Of a stretch of 64,000 bases of DNA, positions 56,749-64,000 are shown piece by piece. The translations under genes and the position numbers were made by a program. The notes beneath the pieces were generated by a model. It saw only the letters and a program-made list of their open reading frames with translations, was not told the DNA's origin and did not search any database. Source of the DNA: a virus. Where the stretch lies: the IMG/VR virus record IMGVR_UViG_3300018080_000171; one strand, written 5' to 3'. Each line of letters starts with the position of its first letter. Within the stretch, counting starts at the first letter, position 1.

Positions 56749-56916
56749 GATGGACAAAGAAAAATTAAAAGAGATAGAGAAGCGAGTCGTTCTCGCAGTC
56801 TCTCTCTTATTGGGAATAATAGGTGGCATCCTGCTTATATGGAAAGTCTCATTTTGGGCTTGCTTAGGTGTCTTTTTTATAATATGGGGGGATAACATTT
56901 CTAAGAGGTATTTTAA

Positions 56917-57252
56917 ATGATAATAATAGAATATAGTCCAGAAGGTCAAGCAATTGCCGACCACCAAGCAGAAGAATTTGTAAGGGGTTTAGTAACAAAT
57001 ATGATTGAAACGAAGTCGCTTATTGATGCTGAACTTTCTGACAGTGAAGCTGAGGTAAATCTTGAGACTTCTGTAAGTACTGAAAACGTAATTTTTGCGG
57101 CGAGAGTGTTAAAAAAGGAGACTGGCGTTGATATTCAGTTCAAGTTCAAAGGTGAGATTTTAGTTCCAGATAAAGATGGTAGACTAGCAGAATGCCCTGA
57201 TGGTTTTAACGACCATTTTGATCATTGGTTAATAAGACTTTTAGACCATTAA
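56917..57252 (+). CDS. hypothetical protein (111 aa)
   Basis: ATG ORF. Confidence 0.4.
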   Translation: MIIIEYSPEGQAIADHQAEEFVRGLVTNMIETKSLIDAELSDSEAEVNLETSVSTENVIFAARVLKKETGVDIQFKFKGEILVPDKDGRLAECPDGFNDHFDHWLIRLLDH

Positions 57253-57281
57253 GATAATAAAACTTTTTAAAAGGAAAAATT

Positions 57282-57692
57282 ATGAGTGAAGAATCGAACA
57301 TGGATTTGAAAACGTGGAAATGTGACGCATGTGCAGAATCAGAATGTGGTTACGGTTTGCCATGCACTTTGACTAGTGCGTTACTTCCTGAAATAGGTGT
57401 TTGCCCTGTATCAGGCGACGAGTGTGAGTGGACAGAAGTTGAATCCAACCATACTGAAAAGGAGCTTTTGGAGGAATCATACAGAAAAGGTTACTGTGAT
57501 GGGTCAGACGACAATCACAAATCATACGAAGAACATATTAGAAAGCCATTAGAAAAAAAAGTAAAAGAACTTTCGGAAGTGTTAAGGGAATATAAAAAGT
57601 TGGTCCAGGAACTATTGTTGCAGTATATGTCAGACACTGATATAAACGAGTTGTATTTACAGGCATGTAATAAAGCTAAAGAGAAGAAATAG
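57282..57692 (+). CDS. Cys-rich protein (136 aa)
   Basis: ATG ORF with an AAGGAAAAATT RBS. Confidence 0.4.
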   Translation: MSEESNMDLKTWKCDACAESECGYGLPCTLTSALLPEIGVCPVSGDECEWTEVESNHTEKELLEESYRKGYCDGSDDNHKSYEEHIRKPLEKKVKELSEVLREYKKLVQELLLQYMSDTDINELYLQACNKAKEKK

Positions 57693-57777
57693 ACCACTAC
57701 CAACCGTAGCCAAGCTACTTACGATAATTTAAACCAAATAATAAAAGTTATAAACAATACATATTAGAGGTGAAGAG

Positions 57778-58071
57778 ATGTCAGAGATTACATCAGAAGG
57801 ATTAGACGAACTTAATAAGATGGCAGACGAACAGTATGCTTTAGAAAGGCTTATTGATTATATCAAGAACCCTGAATATACGGTTATGTGGAAAAATGGC
57901 AAAGGTCATTATCTTTTGGGCGACACTGTTAGATATCATGATGACGAATTAAAAGTAGATGTTAAAGGCATTATTGGGGTCGCTGATGCTTATATTGATT
58001 TATATAATGTAAATATGGAAGATATTAAGATTTTTAAAGAAATAATAGATAGACATATTCATAAACAATAA
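57778..58071 (+). CDS. hypothetical protein (97 aa)
   Basis: GAGGTGAAGAGATG start. Confidence 0.4.
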   Translation: MSEITSEGLDELNKMADEQYALERLIDYIKNPEYTVMWKNGKGHYLLGDTVRYHDDELKVDVKGIIGVADAYIDLYNVNMEDIKIFKEIIDRHIHKQ

Positions 58072-58093
58072 TACTTAGATAGGAAGGTTAGAA

Positions 58094-58327
58094 ATGGAAC
58101 AAGTAAAAGAGACGCTGGAACGCTATGTGAACGATAGATGCCCTACTGGGGGGTTTCTACACGCTGTACTGTCAAATGACCTCACAGAGGCTTGTGCGAG
58201 GGCTGACATGCGTAATCAGAGGCAGTTGCCTGAGATAGTAACATATATCTACAACAATATACCAAGTATTAGTTGGGGTTCTCCTGAAAAGGTAGAAAAA
58301 TGGCTAAATAGAACAGAGCAACTATAA
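58094..58327 (+). CDS. hypothetical protein (77 aa)
   Basis: ATG ORF. Confidence 0.4.
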   Translation: MEQVKETLERYVNDRCPTGGFLHAVLSNDLTEACARADMRNQRQLPEIVTYIYNNIPSISWGSPEKVEKWLNRTEQL

Positions 58328-58353
58328 GTCAAAAAGATAAAGGAAAACTAATA

Positions 58354-58884
58354 ATGAAAAAATTATTAATTGTTATTTTAATATGTGTATTTTCTCAAAT
58401 ATGCTTTAGTAAAGACTACTGCCAAATTTGGGTTAAAACGGAACCTTCTTTTGGGGGCAATGTAACCCCTTCGGTAGGTGTTCATGATGCAGAATTGGGG
58501 CAATGGTTACGTCTACAAGCGACTCCTAAGTCAGGGTTTAAATTTTCTCATTGGCTTGGTTCCGTTCAATCCTCAGAATCTAAAAATACATCAATTTTTA
58601 TGGATGGAACAAAAATAGTTTACGCAATATTCGAAAGAACTGACTATTCATCAACTGTCGGAGGAAGCGGAGGTATTCCTCCAGTCATAACTATTGATAA
58701 GATATATCATTATTATGACCCTGTTATGTTTAGGCACTACCATTATCTTCGGCATAAACAAGAAGCTCGACCTACCCCTGTTCCAGAGCCGATAACAATG
58801 GCTTTCCTTGGAATCGGAGGTCTATTAATAATAACAAATAGAGGAAAAACAAAAGATGTTCAAATTTTTTTCAAAAATAAATGA
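58354..58884 (+). CDS. secreted protein with a PEP-CTERM-like C-terminal sorting signal
   Basis: N-terminal signal peptide. C-terminus PVPEPITMAFLGIGGLLIITNRGKTK is a PEP motif, then a TM segment, then a basic tail. Confidence 0.4.
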   Translation: MKKLLIVILICVFSQICFSKDYCQIWVKTEPSFGGNVTPSVGVHDAELGQWLRLQATPKSGFKFSHWLGSVQSSESKNTSIFMDGTKIVYAIFERTDYSSTVGGSGGIPPVITIDKIYHYYDPVMFRHYHYLRHKQEARPTPVPEPITMAFLGIGGLLIITNRGKTKDVQIFFKNK

Positions 58885-59110
58885 CAGAATAAATAAATTT
58901 TTTGAGGAACGAGAGAAAAAGAAGGCTATTTGCTCCGAGTGTCATTTTTGTAAATTGGAGTTAGAGGGTAGCTTTTGCCTTCATCCTAGTAGGGTAGAGG
59001 TCAATAAAGACTATGTTACTGGAAGAATGACGAAAAGTTATGATTATTGTTCTTTTCATAATGGTTATGGTAAATGCAGTAAATTTAAACAGAAAAAAGA
59101 AAACAAATGA
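58856..59110 (+). CDS. zinc-ribbon protein (84 aa)
   Basis: CSECHFC...C..C pairs. Overlaps its neighbours. Confidence 0.35.
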   Translation: MFKFFSKINDRINKFFEEREKKKAICSECHFCKLELEGSFCLHPSRVEVNKDYVTGRMTKSYDYCSFHNGYGKCSKFKQKKENK

Positions 59111-59970
59111 TGAAGAGAAAAATAATGAGTAAAGATATAGATAGACCCTTTGAGGATAAAATTTGGATAGAAGCAAAAAAAATTGCGGAAAGATATAACA
59201 TTCGTATAAAGGGTAACTCCTCTTTAGGTTATGTAGCTAACTCAATTGAGATGCCTACAGTATGGGCTGATGGCTTAACTCCTAATACTTGTTTGAAAGC
59301 TTCGATAGAAGCACACACGGTCGCTGTAGCGACTATTTTGGAGTTAGGGGATGAACTCCCCATACCTATGAAGGATCGTCCCTTAGAGGAAGAAGAAGTA
59401 CAAATTATCCCTAGTTTTCTTAACGATGTACTGCCTCCTGTAAGGGATGAAGACGTACCTCCCATGCCTAAATGCAAGCCTCCTAAAGAGGAGGACAGGT
59501 GGTGCTCTAATTGTATTTATGTCTTTGAAGCTGATGGATGGTCTGGGCTATCTTGTAATCATCATGCTAGAACTGGTTGTACTGGGCATTACCAAGCTTG
59601 TGATTTTTATGAGTATAATGATGATATAAAAATAGAAAACGTTGATCAAATTATAGATAAACTTACTAATGATGGAGACTACAGAAATGGAGATTTCGAC
59701 AGATCCTTTGTTTGTAAAGAGGATGATGACTTAGGTTTTTATCAGCAAGCTTGTGCATTCTTGTTGGAAGGGACTGCAATAGATGGAGGCAAAGAGATTC
59801 AGACAAGATTAACTGCTAACGCTGAAGACTTCGATAGTATCATTGTGGATATATTGAAAAAATTAGCAACGATTCAAACGTGTGAAAAAGGACATCAGTT
59901 CGTTGCGAATTCGCATGAATATGTTTGCCCTTGGTGTGTTATAGAAAAAACTAGAAATAAATTAAGCTAA
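59107..59970 (+). CDS. Cys-rich hypothetical protein (287 aa)
   Basis: ATGATGA overlap with the previous stop. Confidence 0.45.
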   Translation: MMKRKIMSKDIDRPFEDKIWIEAKKIAERYNIRIKGNSSLGYVANSIEMPTVWADGLTPNTCLKASIEAHTVAVATILELGDELPIPMKDRPLEEEEVQIIPSFLNDVLPPVRDEDVPPMPKCKPPKEEDRWCSNCIYVFEADGWSGLSCNHHARTGCTGHYQACDFYEYNDDIKIENVDQIIDKLTNDGDYRNGDFDRSFVCKEDDDLGFYQQACAFLLEGTAIDGGKEIQTRLTANAEDFDSIIVDILKKLATIQTCEKGHQFVANSHEYVCPWCVIEKTRNKLS

Positions 59971-59981
59971 GGAATAGTAAA

Positions 59982-60371
59982 ATGACGCAGAACAAACTTG
60001 ACCCTAATTCAATGGAATATATAGATATGAATTCAAAAAACATCAAGGACGATAAGCCTAAGAACTATGAAGATGATGGACTATTATATAAAGTCATCAA
60101 AACTGAAACTTGCGAAAAGACTCATAGAAAAAAAATTAATAAGATTAAACTAGACCCTTCTATTCAAATAGAGAATATAAGAACTTTGTATAACGTAGAA
60201 GATGGTAAAATAATATGGAACAGTATTATATTATATAGAGAGAAAGATATAGAGATTATTAATGAGGATGCTATGACTTGTGATGGTTGTCAAGAATTGA
60301 CGATGCGAGAAGATTTAACGATGTATATGGCTACTCAATTGTCTTATTGTAAAAAATGTATAGGAATGTAA
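59982..60371 (+). CDS. hypothetical protein (129 aa)
   Basis: ATG ORF. Confidence 0.4.
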   Translation: MTQNKLDPNSMEYIDMNSKNIKDDKPKNYEDDGLLYKVIKTETCEKTHRKKINKIKLDPSIQIENIRTLYNVEDGKIIWNSIILYREKDIEIINEDAMTCDGCQELTMREDLTMYMATQLSYCKKCIGM

Positions 60372-60553
60372 TGTTAATAAACTTTTTAAAAAATTTGATA
60401 TTTGGTGGATGCTACCATGAGTGGGGTCAGTGGAAAGACTGTCCAGTAAAGATGTATAATGAATGGGGAGATTATATGTATACTGAAAATGGACAACGTA
60501 GATATTGCAATAAGTGTGGTAAGAAAAAAGTTAAAAGTTAAAAGGAATATAAT

Positions 60554-60796
60554 ATGGGTAATATAGCAGATTTATATAGAGCGTTAGTAAAGAGAGAATC
60601 AATTTCAGTTGGAGATATTTTTATCTTCACTGCGGGAAGAGACGAGAAAGACCCTTTTAAAGGAAAATCGTTTGAAGTCAAGGTATTAGACATAAAAGAT
60701 GGTTATGTCCAATACAAAAACCCTGACTTTTCTTTTTGCTCTGCTGAAAGTAGCAGTATCTTTATGTTTAGGTCGATGTACAAAAGGAAGAAATAA
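60554..60796 (+). CDS. hypothetical protein (80 aa)
   Basis: ATG ORF. Confidence 0.35.
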   Translation: MGNIADLYRALVKRESISVGDIFIFTAGRDEKDPFKGKSFEVKVLDIKDGYVQYKNPDFSFCSAESSSIFMFRSMYKRKK

Positions 60797-60935
60797 TTTC
60801 ATTTTTATAGAGGAAAGTGATTTATTTTATGGGCGAAAAAATGGAATCAATTTATTCTTAGTAAAAGTAAAGGAATTGTTATTTTATTGTTGAATACTTA
60901 ATTATCTTAACTTAATTTAAACTAAGGATATATGT

Positions 60936-61706
60936 ATGAATTGGTACAAACAAGCAGACTTTATGGGTAGAGACCCCTACAGCGTTGATTTTGCATATGA
61001 GGAATCTAAAGCAAATAAAATGGAAACAGATTCTCTATTGGGGGCATTGAGCGATGCTATTGAAGCTTCTCAAACTAGTATCAATCAAGGCAAATATACA
61101 GACCAAGCATCTGTATACAGAAAAGAGCTATTAAGTAGAGGCATGAGTATTCCTGAGCAGGATGCCGCTATAAACAAGATTCCAAGTTTTCATTTCAATC
61201 CTGAAGAGACCAAACCAGCTAAAGATCCTAAACAGAAAAGAGAAACTGTTGAGAACCATAACCCTAAGGATCATACATTTAATTACTATCCTAAATTTCA
61301 ATTAGATCCTGGCATGACAACTGCAAAGGTTCTAAGGACTTCCAAACGCAAAAAGTTAGCACAGGATTTCAATCTTAATAACGTTGATTCAGAAGAAGAT
61401 TTTATCTCTAAACAAAATGAAGCTTTATCGAGTCAAATCAATTCATTTATCTATGACCTATATACTCAGAATCCTTCATTAGATTTAGATCAATTATTCA
61501 ATGAGACATTAGATCAATTCCTTGATGAAGAAGACTTTGTCAATGCTCCTGAATATGCCGAAAGAGTTCAGAAATTGATTAAGTTGGAGATTGCTGGTCA
61601 AGAGAAAGCAAGACGAGATTCTGAAGACGCAGATGCTCAATCAGCTTATGAAGCAGAGATGGGTAGAGATACTTATCTGAATCATAGAGATGGATATCAA
61701 GTATAA
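60936..61706 (+). CDS. hypothetical protein (256 aa) sharing the N-terminal MNWYK with the kinase-like protein
   Basis: Starts MNWYKQ, as 16735 starts MNWYKK. The C-terminus is acidic. Confidence 0.45.
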   Translation: MNWYKQADFMGRDPYSVDFAYEESKANKMETDSLLGALSDAIEASQTSINQGKYTDQASVYRKELLSRGMSIPEQDAAINKIPSFHFNPEETKPAKDPKQKRETVENHNPKDHTFNYYPKFQLDPGMTTAKVLRTSKRKKLAQDFNLNNVDSEEDFISKQNEALSSQINSFIYDLYTQNPSLDLDQLFNETLDQFLDEEDFVNAPEYAERVQKLIKLEIAGQEKARRDSEDADAQSAYEAEMGRDTYLNHRDGYQV

Positions 61707-61894
61707 TATATTGGGTAATTTATTGCCCCTGCCACCACCCCCCGCAACTCTCTCCTATTGAGGAAAGAGGGAAGACTGGAACCCGAAAGGAACCAGTCTT
61801 TTTTTTATGTCCTCCGCAAAAAAAAGTAGGATTTGGTATTTTTTTATCGAAATATATTTATTGACTATTCTCCTATTATCAAGGATACATGTAA

Positions 61895-63900
61895 TGAATA
61901 TAAAGAAATTTCTTAAAAAAATAGCTCAGATGGCAGACTTTCAGTCTCCAAATGAGACTATTATCGAAGAACCCGTTGCTCGTCCAGGGGCGGCACAATA
62001 TGGTGTGGTCGAACCCGGAGTAGTTGAGACTGGTCCATTATCTCCAATTCAAGAATCTCCTTCGATAATACAGACGGATGTTGCAGAGTGGCGTCCTAGT
62101 AGAGGGCGTAATAAGGGTCAGACATATTACTATCTTCAATTGACTAACGTTCCCGAAGGCGAGATTGGTAAATTTTTGTTATCTTTAGGTTATAAATTTA
62201 ATGCTAAGTTCGGTAGTTGGTCGAAGCAGGTTAAAGCAGATAATGTTTTGTCGATATCCGGCGAGTTAGATAGTCTGGAACAAAAATTTCGCGTGGCCGT
62301 CGGCAGGGAGGGAGTCGGCAAATTACAAGACATTTTCGGGTTTACCGGAGAGACTACAACCGACTTAGGGTCAGCAGAGGTATCCGATGATATTAAAAAA
62401 ATCAAGTTCGTAGAAGAAGACAAACAACAAGAGTTAGCAAAAGAACTAGTTAAAAACAAATTAGAAGAAATGGCAAATAACCTAACTAGCGACGAGACGA
62501 AAGCGTTCATGGAGCAATATCTAGCAGTTGCCAAGGCTACCGAAGGAAAAGTTCATCCATATAGTTTTCTGAATACGATGTTGGTTTCTTGGCAAAATTA
62601 TGATTTAGATGAGAACGGTAAAGCCATTAGTCGTTCTGGCTTTATTGCTCCAGCAAGTTTATGGAAAAAAGAATTTGGTAGAGAATTGAAACCTGAAGCT
62701 CAGGGAATGGAAATTTTTGTTCCAAAAGGTGGACAAAGAGAAATGAAGAGTGCGGGAATGGCAAGTATTTTAAAAGTTCTTGGACAATATTCCGCAATGA
62801 ATCAAGGTCGAACTGATTTGACTGGAGATGAGGGTATTCGTAAATTCTTTGGATTTTTAAAAAGTCTAGTTACAAAGAAACAAATGTATCAAAGCAATTA
62901 TAGTTATATTAGCTCTTTAGTTAATAAAAATAGGGACCAATTTAAAACTGTCAAAGATATTCAAGATTATTTAGGGGGGAAATTAAATAAAAAGCAAACT
63001 GATAAATACTATACTAATACAACTTTTTTGATTAAACCTGTAATTTACGACTTAGACCAAACCACTGTCATCCCCGGTCAAGAGCATTTAGACCCTAAAC
63101 CAAAGATGGACGCAGTCCGAAGTATGTGGTTAGGTATGCGAAACGAACCAGACAAATTGATTGACACTTTATATGATGCTCTCGCAAATGCTGCTATTAA
63201 CGGCAATCTAATGGGTGGCAAAAAGATTGACATCAATGTACAAGATACTGGTTCCGCCGGAGGTTATTCTTCAGGAGGAAACATTGCTATTGACCAAGGT
63301 TCATTAGGCGAGCGTAGATTCAGGTCATTAGTTCACGAAGCTGCTCATGAGTTGTTGCATTGGGGTACAGATAGACCTGAACATTCAAAAGCCGACAAAG
63401 AAATCGATGCTGACGCAACAGCTTATATTGTATTAAATCATTATGGAGTTGGAACAGGAGCAGAATCATTAAATTATATTTCTATGATAACCAAAGACAA
63501 ATCTATTGTTATGAAAAGACTTGAACCAATTCTTTATGCCTCTAATGCTATAATTGCTGCTATTGAGAAACAAAAAGGCGATGAATACGACGCTGCTAAT
63601 TCTAAACAAGCTAAAACTAACTGGTATCATAAATTTAAAATAGCTCATTATTCGGAACCCGAACAAAAGGGGGAAGGTACAGGAGGCCGCGGTACCAATC
63701 AATTTGGGGATAGACGACTAGGTGATTGGGAAGAAGAACATAGAGAACAAGTTAAAATAATGTCAGCTCTTATTGGTCGTCAAGACTGGGATGGAGTTGA
63801 AACTTACAGACGAAAATTAATGGATTTTTATGTCCCTCCGAAAAATAAATCTATTGTTGATGGTATCCTTTCATCTGCGATGCGAGGTCAAAAATTTTAA
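61895..63900 (+). CDS. large protein with an HExxH metallopeptidase-like motif (about 668 aa)
   Basis: LVHEAAHELLHWG motif near the C-terminus. Start MNIKK chosen. The listed start at 61807 would add a hydrophobic N-terminal extension. Confidence 0.45.
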
Positions 63901-64000
63901 AGGATAATTTTCCCTATTTCGGAATATATAGATATAGGATATGATAAAATTTAAAAGAGATAAACTCTATATTTATATAGTTTTTTATCTAACACTTTCA

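Overview
This window is AT-rich and appears to come from a large tailed bacteriophage; a T5-like or jumbo-phage layout is an inference. All but one coding gene lie on the + strand. Four blocks are visible. (1) 1-1300: an AT-rich, non-coding region holding direct repeats and a cluster of the CACCAGACA motif in alternating orientation. (2) 1.3-4.0 kb: early-style genes, including a RecA-superfamily ATPase driven by a canonical sigma70 promoter. (3) 4.4-15.8 kb: a dense array of 40 or more tRNA or tRNA-like genes. Many of these are structurally atypical. Interspersed are HNH endonucleases, a cold-shock protein, a sigma-factor-like gene, a possible group I intron core, and a DUF559 endonuclease, which is the only minus-strand gene. 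(4) 16-54 kb: about 80 mostly small, monocistronic + strand genes. Almost every one is preceded by the same roughly 40-bp motif (CACCAGACACYTAAAAAT-N4-TCTTATAGTAATGTAAGG, 60 or more copies), which often also supplies the 3' end and stop codon of the upstream ORF. In 47.9-53.2 kb a conserved terminator hairpin precedes each motif copy. This block encodes a WGR-PARP-like ADP-ribosyltransferase, a macrodomain protein, a GHKL-ATPase/HExxH fusion and an SPFH-like protein. It also encodes a LAGLIDADG endonuclease, a protein-kinase-like protein, a lysis cassette (lipoproteins, a holin-like protein and a SAR GH24 endolysin) and a P-loop kinase. The rest are unannotatable small acidic or zinc-ribbon proteins. 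After a structured non-coding region (54.7-55.05 kb), a last module at 55-64 kb lacks the motif and has overlapping operon-style genes. These include a PEP-CTERM-like secreted protein and a 697-aa HExxH protein. All tRNA folds were done by hand and need tRNAscan-SE, ARAGORN or Infernal confirmation.
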